A stretch of DNA of 64,000 nucleotides from Spirochaetia bacterium (GCA_029880265.1 JAOUOT010000010.1:10761-74760), one strand, 5' to 3'. Shown: positions 47,381 to 57,712, numbered from the stretch's first letter. Notes: generated from the sequence alone by a model not told the origin. A program made the numbers and translations.

Positions 47381-50353
47381 TTAATATCTGCAGATATCGT
47401 GATAAAGGCAATTCTCGCAAATGTCTTTTACTTTAGAATATTTGTCTTTTTTGAAGTACTCTGAAACAGGAAGAAACCTCTTTTCTAATAATATGTTATA
47501 AAGCGTATGAAATGATTCTTTGTATTTTTTCATAAAGTCAAAATTATTTATTTCTTCACGGCTTAGGTTTTGCAGAAACGCGGCAGGCGTAATTTTCTCG
47601 CGCCCATAATCTTGAATAAAAGAAATCGCCGCCGAAAACAAACTTTTATCTTTTGTTGAGCCGAAGTTTTCTTCGGCCGCTTTGATATAAATTATCAGCT
47701 GCAAATCAAATAAATTGTCAAAGAAAAGATTTTCATTTTTTGCGGTTTGTTTTCCAGTTTTATAATCAATGATTGTAAAAAGTTTTTTTTCTAAATTATA
47801 ATCTATTCTGTCTATTCTGCCGCGAATATAAAAAGGCTCTATATAAATATCTTCAAACTTATATTCTGTATCAAAAGGAATATTTTCAGAAAAAGGATGC
47901 TTGTTTTCTCGGGCCAATAGAAAAAAATTTTCAAAAAATTCAATAAATCTAATTCTTTGAAGCGATTCGTCGGCCGTCAAAAGTCTGCCGGTTTGTCCGG
48001 GAATTTTTATATTAAACAGCGCCTTATCAAAAGAATCGTTTAACAGTTCTCTTAAATGTTTCTTTTCAATTTTTAAGGCGAATTGACGATATGAAGAGTT
48101 TTTATCTTCTTTTTTAAGGCTCTTCATTAGATGAGCGGCGGCCGAATGAAATAATTCTCCGCGTAGAGAGCCTGTATAATTAAAATTAGATTTTTTAGAA
48201 AGGTTATTTTTCAAATTTAATCTATTTTGAAACCAATATTTTTTGGGACATTCAGACAATGTAATAAGATTTGAAACAGAAATTTTGTTTTCAATAATTT
48301 GATCTTTCTTATCGAGACCGTTTTTAAGGTCGTTTTCTTTTTCGTTAACAGCGAATTGTTTTATGTTTTTTTCATAACGCTTTAATAATATATTTGAACT
48401 ATTATTTACTGAGATCGTTTCTCCCTCGAAAATCATCTTTTCATAAAAAGGTATGCAATCAATTATTTCTTCAACCGAGGCGCTTTCTTTGTTTTTTAAG
48501 GCGTTATTCGCGTTTTCAAAAGAGAAATTTCGAAAAATTTCAATTATAATATCGCTGGGATATGGCTCTTTTTCAACATTGTAAGAAAGCGTAAGATATT
48601 TTGCAGTCGTGAAATATTCGATATTTTTAGATATCTCGTAAAATTTATTTGATTTGATTAGTTTTTTTGTAAATTCGCTTTCGAAATCAAGAATACCTGA
48701 AATCGAAGAAAATGAAGGATACGCAAAGTTCAAGGCGCAGACAATTAATTCATGGGGGGCAGAATGAAGACCTTCAGAGACATGTCTTATGGTAATGCCC
48801 AATGAATCGTCTTTATTCATATCGTTTGCCCGATAAATATTGTGCGCGGTTGAATTTATTTCTCTTTTTAACATTTCGAAAAATTTGTCTCTTTTGATAT
48901 TTTCGGGATAAATTTCGTCTAAGAATCTGAATTGGTCTAATAACTTAAAAATATCTTTTACATAATGTTCATGGTCTTTATTTATTCCCGCAGAGATTGT
49001 TTCTTTTGTAAAAGAATATTTTCGAATAATACGATGCAATATATCGGCGTAATAAGAAGGCTTTTCAAAAGATTTGATAACTTTAATTTCATCGATTAAT
49101 AAAGAAAGCGTATCAAAAAAATTAATTATTATTTTAGATGGATGATTTTTAATAATGCTTAGCAAAAACTCAAGATCGCCGGCCAAAAAATTAACTTTTT
49201 CGCTAAATTCTTTTTGCCACAAATAAGGGTCTGTTATTTTGTTCTTTAATTTTCTATGAAGAAAAGATTTTTTAAAAAATGCAGACGTGAAGATTTTTAA
49301 TAATTCGTCAATTTGAATTTTACGTCTGCTGAAAAAACCCAGGATTAAAATATCGATGACTTGCGCAATAAACCAGAAATATCCGAAAGTTTTATCTTTG
49401 ACTTTATCTCTAATATCAAGGGGAATTTTTCTTTCATTAAATAATTCGGCTAGATAGTGCAAAATATTCTTATCGGCGTACATTATTTGAATATCATAAA
49501 GAGGAATATTTCTCTCTATGGCCGATAAGGTTTTTTCCAGAGCAAGGCAGGCCTCTGAATATAGCGATTCTGTTTTGAAGATTTGTATTTTTGTATCGTT
49601 TTTATTTTTTTTGAAAGAGTATATTTTTTTATTTTCTATTTCAGTCAGAAATTTCTTTTGTAAACTATTCTCTGTTTTAGAGTTTATGGTCAATATGTTC
49701 CAGTTTAGTTTGTAAAAAAAATTTAATATTTCTAATTTATGATATTCAACCTCGTTGAGCTCTAATGGGAAAAGCCATATAATATTTCTCGTTAATTGAT
49801 TTTCAGTTTCATTGTTTTCCTGATTTAAAAATTCTTTTTTATGCAATCGCAGGTAAGAAGGCAAATTTATATACCCGTGTTTTTTTAATTCGTTGTCTAT
49901 TCTAGAAAAAATATCAAGTAAAGCGGCGGTTTTTGCCGATTTTTTCTCTTGTGAAGATTTCATAAGAGTATCGTGAAGCCAGATATATTTTCTATAGAAA
50001 TTTAATACTTCGGTTTTAAATCCTGAAAGATTTTCTATGGCGCTAAAATAAGAGTTCTCTTTTTTATTTTCGTTAATAACTTTTTCGAGAATAATTTCTT
50101 CTATAAAAGGAGAAGTTTGAATTTTTTCATGCCGGCCAAATTCTTGAAAATATTGAATCGTATCTTTGAGCCAGTCGTCTAAAGTAAAAAAACGGACATT
50201 AAATAAAGATTCGATATTTAATTTCTTGTGTATATATATACGCCATCTTATTATATCTGCCGTAGTTTGGCACAATAGTATCGTATTCGTCGAGCCTGGT
50301 TTTTCGAATTTAGGAATTAACTTTTCTAAGACTTCTTTTATTTTATCTTCCAT
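47381..50353 (-). CDS. AddB/RexB-like PD-(D/E)XK nuclease with Fe-S staple
   Basis: SVSNL...ECPKKY, RGELFH, RGRIDRID, IIDYKTG, LQLIIY, C-terminal CENCLYHDIC. Confidence 0.85.
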   Translation of the reverse strand: MEDKIKEVLEKLIPKFEKPGSTNTILLCQTTADIIRWRIYIHKKLNIESLFNVRFFTLDDWLKDTIQYFQEFGRHEKIQTSPFIEEIILEKVINENKKENSYFSAIENLSGFKTEVLNFYRKYIWLHDTLMKSSQEKKSAKTAALLDIFSRIDNELKKHGYINLPSYLRLHKKEFLNQENNETENQLTRNIIWLFPLELNEVEYHKLEILNFFYKLNWNILTINSKTENSLQKKFLTEIENKKIYSFKKNKNDTKIQIFKTESLYSEACLALEKTLSAIERNIPLYDIQIMYADKNILHYLAELFNERKIPLDIRDKVKDKTFGYFWFIAQVIDILILGFFSRRKIQIDELLKIFTSAFFKKSFLHRKLKNKITDPYLWQKEFSEKVNFLAGDLEFLLSIIKNHPSKIIINFFDTLSLLIDEIKVIKSFEKPSYYADILHRIIRKYSFTKETISAGINKDHEHYVKDIFKLLDQFRFLDEIYPENIKRDKFFEMLKREINSTAHNIYRANDMNKDDSLGITIRHVSEGLHSAPHELIVCALNFAYPSFSSISGILDFESEFTKKLIKSNKFYEISKNIEYFTTAKYLTLSYNVEKEPYPSDIIIEIFRNFSFENANNALKNKESASVEEIIDCIPFYEKMIFEGETISVNNSSNILLKRYEKNIKQFAVNEKENDLKNGLDKKDQIIENKISVSNLITLSECPKKYWFQNRLNLKNNLSKKSNFNYTGSLRGELFHSAAAHLMKSLKKEDKNSSYRQFALKIEKKHLRELLNDSFDKALFNIKIPGQTGRLLTADESLQRIRFIEFFENFFLLARENKHPFSENIPFDTEYKFEDIYIEPFYIRGRIDRIDYNLEKKLFTIIDYKTGKQTAKNENLFFDNLFDLQLIIYIKAAEENFGSTKDKSLFSAAISFIQDYGREKITPAAFLQNLSREEINNFDFMKKYKESFHTLYNILLEKRFLPVSEYFKKDKYSKVKDICENCLYHDICRY

Positions 50354-50407
50354 GATAATTTTATCCGATATTTTACACTTTTAACAAGGTAAATGACGGG
50401 GAAACAA

Positions 50408-51145
50408 CTATAAAATAAGAATCGCGCAAAAAAATAAGATAAGGGTTTCGATTATTTCGTTAGAGGCTCCTAAAAGATCTCCGGTCACTCCTCCTATTTT
50501 TTTATAAAACCAGAAACCCAAAAGAGCGGTAAAAAGCATGCCGCCTGATAAAAAAGCAACGCCTGTAAAATTTAATAATACGTACAGCGTAAGCGCCGAT
50601 ACCATAAGCGCCGCAACAAAATGAGCGGTTTTCGCCCGCGTAACAATGTTATATCCTGTGCCTTGAGATCTGGCATATGGCAGAAAAACCGCCAAGAGAA
50701 CCATTCCCGTGCGCGAAATAGCAAAAGGCATAAATAAAAACATTTCATTATTATGATCTATCAGCCTGGCAATAGAAATAAGTTTTATAAGCGGTATTAA
50801 AAGTAAGGCAATCATTCCGAAGACGCCTATATGCGTATCTTTCATAATGGCGAGAATTTTATTTTTTTCATAGGCTCCGAAAAAACCGTCGGCCCAATCG
50901 GCAAGCCCGTCTAAATGCAAACCTCGGGTAAAAATAACGCTTAACAATAGAATGAAAACGGCAATCAGCTCAGAAGATACTACGTTTGCCGTTTTGAATA
51001 TTAAAACAGAGAGCCAAAATAATAAAGATAAAAAAAATCCAATCGCGGGAAACCAGATAAGCGATTGAGCGTAATTATCTTGGCTCTTGCCGGGCAAATT
51101 AAAAACGGTTAGCGTTCGTAATGCCGTGAGAAAAGAAGAATACAT
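50408..51145 (-). CDS. cobS: Adenosylcobinamide-GDP ribazoletransferase
   Basis: TRGLHLDGLADWADG, IMKD..IG.FG, GGVTGDLLGA. Confidence 0.95.
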   Translation of the reverse strand: MYSSFLTALRTLTVFNLPGKSQDNYAQSLIWFPAIGFFLSLLFWLSVLIFKTANVVSSELIAVFILLLSVIFTRGLHLDGLADWADGFFGAYEKNKILAIMKDTHIGVFGMIALLLIPLIKLISIARLIDHNNEMFLFMPFAISRTGMVLLAVFLPYARSQGTGYNIVTRAKTAHFVAALMVSALTLYVLLNFTGVAFLSGGMLFTALLGFWFYKKIGGVTGDLLGASNEIIETLILFFCAILIL

Positions 51146-52200
51146 CAGCTTTTTTCGGTTACCCCCGCAGAAGAGAAAGTGGCCATTTCGTTATAAATCT
51201 TAATTGACGCTTCTATGATAGAAATTGCCAAAGCAGCGCCGGTTCCTTCGCCAAGGCGCATGTCTAAATTTAAAATAGGTTTCTCGTTTAATTCTTCGAG
51301 TAATCTTATGTGTCCCTTTTCTTTAGAAAGGTGGCTGAAAAAAAGATAATCTTTGATATCTTCATTCAGACGTACGGCCGTTAAAGCGGCGGCTGATGAT
51401 ATAAATCCGTCGACAACAACGGGAATTTTACGAATTGCGGCGCCTAGAATAAGCCCTAAAATTCCCGCAATTTCAAAACCTCCGACAGATGTTAAAACTT
51501 CAAGAGGGTTTTTATCTTTCGCGTTATTGATTTCAAGGGCTTTTTCAATGATTTCAGCCTTTATTTTTATTTTATCTTCAGAAAGACCTGTTCCCGCGCC
51601 TGTTACGTCGTATACGGGGCAGGGCAAAAGGCACGCGTAAATAGCCGAAGAGGGGGTCGTGTTGGCAATGCCCATCTCTCCTGTGCCAAGAATATCAACT
51701 CCCTTTTCTGCGGCGGCCTCTGCGCAGTCTATGCCCGCTTTTATCGCCTGAAGACATTCTTCTTCGGTCATAGCGGGGCCCTTGAGCATATTGGCTGTGC
51801 CTTCTTTTACTTTCTTTTTTTCTAACAGGGGATGATCTGCAAATTCATTGATAACGCCGATATCGACAATTACATTTTCAATGCCCCCGTGTTTTGACAG
51901 AACATTAACGGCGGCTCCTTCGGTTATCATATTTAAAACCATCTGGTAAGTTACCGCCTGCGGAAAAGCCGACACGCCTTCTTCGGCAATACCGTGATCG
52001 CCTGCAAAGGTATAAATCGCCTTTTTTTGCAAGGCCGGTTTTGTTGTATTCTGAATTAAACAGAATTTTTCTGCGAAATTTTCAAGCCTTCCGAGACTGC
52101 CCTGTGGTTTGGTTAAGTCGTCTTGATGTTTTTGAATTTCTTCTTTTAAGTTTTTATCTGTCGGATTTATGTTTTTAGCAAGTTCAATTATCTCTTTCAT
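51145..52200 (-). CDS. cobT: Nicotinate-nucleotide-dimethylbenzimidazole phosphoribosyltransferase
   Basis: LTKPQGSLGRLE, AGDHG, GEMGIANTT, DGFI, MRLGEGTGA. Confidence 0.97.
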   Translation of the reverse strand: MKEIIELAKNINPTDKNLKEEIQKHQDDLTKPQGSLGRLENFAEKFCLIQNTTKPALQKKAIYTFAGDHGIAEEGVSAFPQAVTYQMVLNMITEGAAVNVLSKHGGIENVIVDIGVINEFADHPLLEKKKVKEGTANMLKGPAMTEEECLQAIKAGIDCAEAAAEKGVDILGTGEMGIANTTPSSAIYACLLPCPVYDVTGAGTGLSEDKIKIKAEIIEKALEINNAKDKNPLEVLTSVGGFEIAGILGLILGAAIRKIPVVVDGFISSAAALTAVRLNEDIKDYLFFSHLSKEKGHIRLLEELNEKPILNLDMRLGEGTGAALAISIIEASIKIYNEMATFSSAGVTEKS

Positions 52201-52213
52201 TTTTTTTCCTTTT

Positions 52214-52729
52214 TTATTTAATTTTTAAGGGCAGTCCGCTTACCATAAAGTAAGCCTCGCCCGATTTTTGCGCCGTTTTTTGATTTAGTGTTCCCATCTC
52301 GTCTCTAAACTGGCGCGCTATTTTGTTTTCGGGAACAATTCCCATGCCTAATTCATTGCTGATAATAATGAGAGGCTTTGAAAAAGAGCATAAAGATTTC
52401 AGAAAAAAATCAATTTCAAACGCTCTTTCTTTTTCATCTTTTACAAATAAATTCGAAAGCCAAAGCGTTAAACAGTCAATAATTACAACGTCATATTGTT
52501 CTTGAATATTTAACAAGACAGGGCCAAGGCGGTATGGCTCTTCAATCGTCAGATAGCTTTTATCTCTTTGGGCCTTGTGAAGCTCGATTCTTTGTTTCAT
52601 CTCGTTGTCGCAAGCTTCAGCCGTGGCAATATATATCTTATTTTGGTACGAAGAGGCCAGGGTTAAAGCGTAACCGCTTTTTCCGCTTCTTGCGCCGCCG
52701 GCTATGTATATTATGTTATTTTTTTTCAT
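52214..52729 (-). CDS. cobU: Adenosylcobinamide kinase/guanylyltransferase
   Basis: GGARSGKS, YIATA, DCLTLW, SNELGMG, FRDEMG. Start MKKNNIIY overlaps the cobC stop. Confidence 0.95.
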   Translation of the reverse strand: MKKNNIIYIAGGARSGKSGYALTLASSYQNKIYIATAEACDNEMKQRIELHKAQRDKSYLTIEEPYRLGPVLLNIQEQYDVVIIDCLTLWLSNLFVKDEKERAFEIDFFLKSLCSFSKPLIIISNELGMGIVPENKIARQFRDEMGTLNQKTAQKSGEAYFMVSGLPLKIK

Positions 52730-53312
52730 AGGTAATATTAAGAGCCGAAAGGGTTCCGTATTTTTCAAATAAGTTTAAAATACTTAAAGAACCGGTGCTT
52801 ACCTGAAAAGCCGCATATTTTTGATAAGGAATTCCCAGAAAACGGCAGAGAAGAAAAGTGATAACACCCTTATGGGCGACGGCCGCAATTTCTTTGTTTT
52901 TACTTAAAATAAAGAAATCGGCCAGTTCTTCAATGCGTTTAATGAAGTTTTTAACGCTTTCGCCTTCGGGAAATGCGAAGTTTTCAAAATCGTTTTCCCA
53001 TTTATTAATCATCTCTTTATTCTTTTTTGTTATTTCTTTGAGGCGCTGATTTTCCCAAAGGCCAAAATCTATTTCGCATAGTTTTGGCAGAGATTCTATT
53101 TTTCTGTCTTTAAATAGTATTTCTGCCGATTGTCTGGCCCTTAGCAACGGGCTGTGCAGTATAAGGGCGTTTTCAGATAACTTAAATTGCGCGGCCATGG
53201 TTTCCATTTCTCTTACGCCAGATTTCGTTAAAGGCAGATCGGTTGAACCGGTTAATAGCATTTTTGTTGACTCTACGACCTCGCCGTGTCTAATTAAGTA
53301 TAGTTTTTTCAT
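52716..53312 (-). CDS. cobC: Alpha-ribazole phosphatase (histidine phosphatase)
   Basis: LIRHGE, SPLLRA, EIDFGLWE, PEGES, VAHKGVI. First full gene of the cob operon. Confidence 0.85.
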   Translation of the reverse strand: MKKLYLIRHGEVVESTKMLLTGSTDLPLTKSGVREMETMAAQFKLSENALILHSPLLRARQSAEILFKDRKIESLPKLCEIDFGLWENQRLKEITKKNKEMINKWENDFENFAFPEGESVKNFIKRIEELADFFILSKNKEIAAVAHKGVITFLLCRFLGIPYQKYAAFQVSTGSLSILNLFEKYGTLSALNITYEKK

Positions 53313-53384
53313 GACCTAAATAATGTAAATTATTCGTAAGCTTATAAATTTATTACGTTCTTATCTTATTAGCTTGATATTTGC

Positions 53385-53480
53385 TTAATAACAAAAGGCC
53401 GCTCTATAAGTTAAAACTTGTTTTTTATGCGAAAAAGATTTGTCGCCCGGTACAAAACCGGTAAGATTTTGATGTTTCAT
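53385..53480 (-). CDS. 31-aa leader ORF or gene remnant between riboswitch and cobC
   Basis: GAGGGAG SD, then MKHQNLTGFVPGDKSFSHKKQVLTYRAAFCY*. Confidence 0.35.
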   Translation of the reverse strand: MKHQNLTGFVPGDKSFSHKKQVLTYRAAFCY

Positions 53481-53497
53481 ATTTTCTCCCTCGAAAA

Positions 53498-53650
53498 ACG
53501 CTGAACTTGTATTCCGGCTTGATGGGCAGTTAACCTACTTGCCAGCCTTCCCATTTTTTCAAACAGTGGCTTATTTGACTTTCGTTCCCATTTACGGCTG
53601 CGGGGCAGCGGAGGATTTTCGCCTCACTTCCAATAATTTTCAGCTTCCTT
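53498..53650 (-). promoter_or_regulatory. Cobalamin riboswitch
   Basis: GGAA-GTGAGGCGAAAATCCTCCGCTGCCCCGCAGCCGTAA, GCCACTG, GGGAAGG and a B12-box-like AAGCCGGAA upstream of the cob genes. Confidence 0.93.
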
Positions 53651-53734
53651 TTGTTTACTAAATAAATATAATTGCTCTTTGCGTCAAGAAAATTTGAATT
53701 AAATCTGAAGAAATTCGGTAGGGCCCTTGATAAA

Positions 53735-54961
53735 CTACTTAATTCTAACGCTCTTTATGCCTTTACCAGTTTCATAGGTAAATATTTCAGCCCCGTATAA
53801 CAAAGTGTCGTCTCCCTTTGCTCTTTCTACCCAGCCGCCGGTATTATGAAAAAAGATCTTTTTACCTTCATGTTCAACAAAATTTTGATCATTTACATCC
53901 CATGCTAAAGGAACATGAGTATGTCCTATAATCACTCTATCTGGTTTTGGTATATTAAGAGTTTCGCACTCTATGGCGCATAAATCAAGGTATTTTATGA
54001 TTCTTTCTTTAATTTCTTCTTTGTAAATATAATCGGAATTAAATCTTGAATTTTCAGATTTGCGGATCGTATGCAGCATGAATCTTTTTGCCATCTCCAG
54101 TAATAAATCGGAACCTTTTTCTTTAAAAAAAGATTTAGGCTCAATCATTTTATCCATACCTTTTTGAAAATTATTTAATAATTCTTCCAGATCTTTTATG
54201 TTTTTTTCTCTGGTATCTTTTTGAATTTTTTGAACAAGAGGCGTTAAAATGCCAGATTGTCCCACGCCAGAACCGGATAACTGGTTTAAGGAATGATTCG
54301 CCGCTACCGTATTTTTTAAGTTATAATCTTTTTTTGAAATATATCCTGAATGATAGGCTAATTCGCCGATATATGTCCAGAATGTGTGCACAAAATGTCC
54401 ATGCGTAAGAAGTATGGTTTGATCTTTGGTTCTTAAATAAATATTAGGATAAGCCACGTAAAAAGGAAGATTTTTATCATCGGTTAATCCGTCTAAAAAA
54501 AGGCCGCCGTATCGGTTGCCGAGATTATCTTCGCGAATCGATACATCGGGTAAAAAAAACTTATCTTCGCCTTGAATATTTTCGTCAAGAACTCCCGGTA
54601 AAACCCATTTGAAAGGTTTTGGTTCTTTTCCCGATTTTATCCGGTTTATTATATTTACTTCATATTCCACTTCATCCCAGAAATCATAATCGTGATTTCC
54701 GGCCGTGTAAACTATTCTTTTAGCAATATTATTAGATACTATCGCATTAAAAAAATACTTTCCCGCTGAATATGAATCAATATAAGAAGCCGTACTGAAT
54801 TCAAAAACATCCCCCACCATGATAAGATAATCATTATTTTCTCCTAAAGCGTCGAGACACTGGTCAAAATATCTTCCTTTTGACCAGTTGGCCCTGCTGC
54901 CTTTTACAAGTACATTGCAGGGGTCTCCTAAGTGTGTATCAGAAATAATCGCTATTTTCAT
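53735..54961 (-). CDS. Calcineurin-like metallophosphoesterase
   Basis: ISDTHLG, VGDVFE, GNHD, THGH, GHTH, NTGGW. Confidence 0.88.
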   Translation of the reverse strand: MKIAIISDTHLGDPCNVLVKGSRANWSKGRYFDQCLDALGENNDYLIMVGDVFEFSTASYIDSYSAGKYFFNAIVSNNIAKRIVYTAGNHDYDFWDEVEYEVNIINRIKSGKEPKPFKWVLPGVLDENIQGEDKFFLPDVSIREDNLGNRYGGLFLDGLTDDKNLPFYVAYPNIYLRTKDQTILLTHGHFVHTFWTYIGELAYHSGYISKKDYNLKNTVAANHSLNQLSGSGVGQSGILTPLVQKIQKDTREKNIKDLEELLNNFQKGMDKMIEPKSFFKEKGSDLLLEMAKRFMLHTIRKSENSRFNSDYIYKEEIKERIIKYLDLCAIECETLNIPKPDRVIIGHTHVPLAWDVNDQNFVEHEGKKIFFHNTGGWVERAKGDDTLLYGAEIFTYETGKGIKSVRIK

Positions 54962-55193
54962 ATAAACCTCATCTCTACATGTTTATTAGGCAAAATGAGA
55001 TACCTTAAAATTTTGTAAATAAAAATATCTGTCAGTGCTTTTTGACTTGCGTTATTTTAAAGCAATGGAGCCATTGCCCTGATAATACTTTCTGCCATAA
55101 TTTTCCTTTTTTGTAATTATTTTTTTTTGCAGGCGTGACTCTTTTTTGTATTATGGCATATAGTATTAGAATTACAGAGCATAGGAGAATCAT

Positions 55194-55412
55194 ATGAGTA
55201 AAATAGTAACTGTTGATAAAGACGACTGCACAAGCTGTTCATTGTGTGCCGATACGCTGCCGCAATATTTTCGTATGGACGATGACGATATTGCAGAAAC
55301 TCACAATGACGGCGAGAATCTTAACGCAGCGGTCGTCTCAGACGAAGATACTGATCAAATTCAAGAATCTATTGACGATTGTCCCGGCGAATGCATTCGT
55401 TGGAAAGAATAA
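55194..55412 (+). CDS. Monocluster ferredoxin
   Basis: CTSCSLC...CPGECI, acidic, AGGAG RBS. Confidence 0.92.
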   Translation: MSKIVTVDKDDCTSCSLCADTLPQYFRMDDDDIAETHNDGENLNAAVVSDEDTDQIQESIDDCPGECIRWKE

Positions 55413-55422
55413 TTGATTTATT

Positions 55423-56061
55423 TTACCTGACGGCAAAAAAATCAAATACTTTGGCTGAAAAGGCGATATAATTTGCCCCTTGGGTATCTTGCCTCACATT
55501 TAAAAGACTTTGTTGTTTAAGTTGTAAAAGCGTTTTTTTAGCGTCTTCCATAGAGATACCCAAATTCTTTTGTATATAATTTAAGAAGGGTTCATAGGCA
55601 ATGAGTAAAACCTCGCCCGAGGCGTCTTTGCGCCCTTCTTTTTTCCAGAAAATATCAAGGGCCTTTAATATTCTGGTTTCTTTACTTAAAACTAAAAGCT
55701 CTTCTATTTGTTTGTCGGTCTGCCTTAGTCTTTCGCATAAAGTTTTTATCATCTTGTGGGCGAAGCCGACATTGTTTTTAAGCATGAAATCAAAAGAGGT
55801 TTTATCTATTTTTAGAATAACAGATTTTACCCTGGCTGTCGCCGTTGCTGATCGCTCCTGATCGGTAAATAAAGCCATTTCGCCGAAAAAATCTCCGTCT
55901 TTTAGAGTGGCGAGTACTTGTTCGGCATTTTTTGCTTTTTTTGAAATATTAACGATACCTTCATGAATGATAAACATTTCTTCGCCTAAATCTCCCTCGC
56001 GAAAAATAACGGTACCTTCGGGAAAGTCGCGGCCAAATCTGTCGACTAATTCTGAACGCAT
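55423..56061 (-). CDS. Cyclic-nucleotide-binding (Crp/Fnr-like) protein
   Basis: IFREGD, GDFFGEMAL...RSATA, followed by a wHTH-like C-terminus. Confidence 0.9.
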   Translation of the reverse strand: MRSELVDRFGRDFPEGTVIFREGDLGEEMFIIHEGIVNISKKAKNAEQVLATLKDGDFFGEMALFTDQERSATATARVKSVILKIDKTSFDFMLKNNVGFAHKMIKTLCERLRQTDKQIEELLVLSKETRILKALDIFWKKEGRKDASGEVLLIAYEPFLNYIQKNLGISMEDAKKTLLQLKQQSLLNVRQDTQGANYIAFSAKVFDFFAVR

Positions 56062-56071
56062 ATAACTTTTT

Positions 56072-56296
56072 CTAGAACTTTTCTTTGATAATTTCTTCAG
56101 CTTTTAATATGGCGTCTTTAAGCTCGTTAAATTTTTCAATGTTTAGAGAGACGCCTTTTTTCGTGGGCGCAAACTCGCCTTCATTATCATACCATGTGCG
56201 AATATTCAGCAGTTTTTTACCCTGATATTCGCTTATTTCTACCCTGATAATTTCTGTTTTATTTCTGGGGATATCGGCAATGTGTATTGGTTCCAT
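56072..56296 (-). CDS. PC4/YdbC-like ssDNA-binding protein
   Basis: IRVEISEYQG..LNIRTWY....PTKKGVSL. Confidence 0.9.
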   Translation of the reverse strand: MEPIHIADIPRNKTEIIRVEISEYQGKKLLNIRTWYDNEGEFAPTKKGVSLNIEKFNELKDAILKAEEIIKEKF

Positions 56297-56336
56297 ATAT
56301 GAATAACTTCTCTTTAATTAAAATATCGGCATAAAT

Positions 56337-56684
56337 TTACCCAGGGGGCCAGCCCATTTGTCTGCCGCCTAATAGATGAAAATGAAGATGCGGTACGGTT
56401 TGCCCCCCGTAAACGCCTATATTATTCACTACCCTGTAACCGTTTTCTGACAGCTTAAGCTTATGCGCCGTTTTGGCGGCGGCTGTCAAGAGTTTTCCCA
56501 AAAGGGCGGTATTATCGGTTTTTTCGATTGAAACGATATGTTCTTTAGGAACGATTAAAACATGCACCGGCGCAATGGGATTTAAATCTTTGAAAGCAAT
56601 CCATCCGTCACCTTCGTGAACAATTTCAGCTTCAATTTCTTTTGAAGCGATTTTGCAGAATATACAATTTTCCATGCTATGCAA
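56337..56684 (-). CDS. hinT: HIT family purine nucleoside phosphoramidase
   Basis: CIFCKI, GGQTVPHLHFHLLGGR..WPPG. Confidence 0.93.
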   Translation of the reverse strand: MHSMENCIFCKIASKEIEAEIVHEGDGWIAFKDLNPIAPVHVLIVPKEHIVSIEKTDNTALLGKLLTAAAKTAHKLKLSENGYRVVNNIGVYGGQTVPHLHFHLLGGRQMGWPPG

Positions 56685-56716
56685 ATAATTTAAGAAGATA
56701 TCTAGGCAAGTGTTTT

Positions 56717-57709
56717 TTATGAAAAAGCGTTAATATTTTCAATTACCAGAACCTGCATTAAAACTCTCTCAAGCCCCATGCCCATACCGCTTACGTTTTT
56801 CATTGAAGAAGAAGCCGCGATAAGCTCTTCGTCTAAAGGATGAGGCTCTTTGCCTGTTAAAACTCTTACGGCGTTATTTTTTTCCCAGAGTTTTTTTAAT
56901 TCGTCTGCGTCGCTGAGCTCCTGGTAGCCGCTGGCGGTCTCGACCCCTTTTGTATAGCATTCGACTCTTTTGGCCCAGCCTTCCTGAGAAACCTCGGCCA
57001 TCCCCCGTAAAAAGTAAGGATAGTCATAAACAAAACAAACGGGATACTTTTCTAATTGCCGATGAATCAGGTTGTCAAATAAAAGCGTAAAAGCCTCGCT
57101 TTTTAAAAGTTCGTCTTCTGTTTCAGAATCGGTTTTTGTTTTTTCAGATAAGTTTATTTTGTATTTTTTCGCAAGTCTTTGATAATCATTTAATGAAAAA
57201 TCAGGCTCTATATCTTCGTTTAAGATTTCTTGAAATAATCTGCGCACGCTGATTCTTTCGGCCTTAAGAATATCTTTTTCTCTCAGCGAAGAATTTTCAA
57301 ACGCCGAGACGGCAGAAGTTAATAAAGAAGTAAAGAAAGAAATAAGCTCTAAATAGTTTGTTTCTTTAAGATACCATTCGACCATGGTAAATTCAATCGC
57401 GTGCAAATTCGAGGTCAAATCGTCTCTAAAGGCGTGCGCTATTTCGTAAGTTCCCGCCGCGTTTAACGAGTTTCGCGCGAAGGCTTTTTTTAAGGCAAAT
57501 TCGGGGGATGTAGGCAGAAAAAAAGTTTTATCTTGAACAGAAATTTTAACCGTGTCTATATAAGGCTCAATGGCCCCCGATTTTACAAGAAGATTGGTAA
57601 AGCATTCTTTTATATTCTTTTCTTCAAAGAATTTCCTTAGCTTTTCAATCGCAATGCTGCGGGCATACTGGGGATGTATTTTCTTTTCTGATTTTTTATC
57701 AGAAGACAT
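56717..57709 (-). CDS. epmA: EF-P lysine aminoacylase (LysRS2-like, lacking the anticodon domain)
   Basis: AIEPYID, LPTSPEFALKK, FRDD....H..EFTMVEWY, GYQEL, GMGMGLER. ATG at 57709; the longer ORF runs into the tRNA. Confidence 0.88.
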   Translation of the reverse strand: MSSDKKSEKKIHPQYARSIAIEKLRKFFEEKNIKECFTNLLVKSGAIEPYIDTVKISVQDKTFFLPTSPEFALKKAFARNSLNAAGTYEIAHAFRDDLTSNLHAIEFTMVEWYLKETNYLELISFFTSLLTSAVSAFENSSLREKDILKAERISVRRLFQEILNEDIEPDFSLNDYQRLAKKYKINLSEKTKTDSETEDELLKSEAFTLLFDNLIHRQLEKYPVCFVYDYPYFLRGMAEVSQEGWAKRVECYTKGVETASGYQELSDADELKKLWEKNNAVRVLTGKEPHPLDEELIAASSSMKNVSGMGMGLERVLMQVLVIENINAFS

Positions 57710-57712
57710 GTT

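Noticed and set aside
47381-48300. Cas4 / CRISPR adaptation gene
   Set aside because: The four-Cys PD-(D/E)XK domain ends a 990-aa AddB-like protein, with no cas1/cas2 or array nearby.
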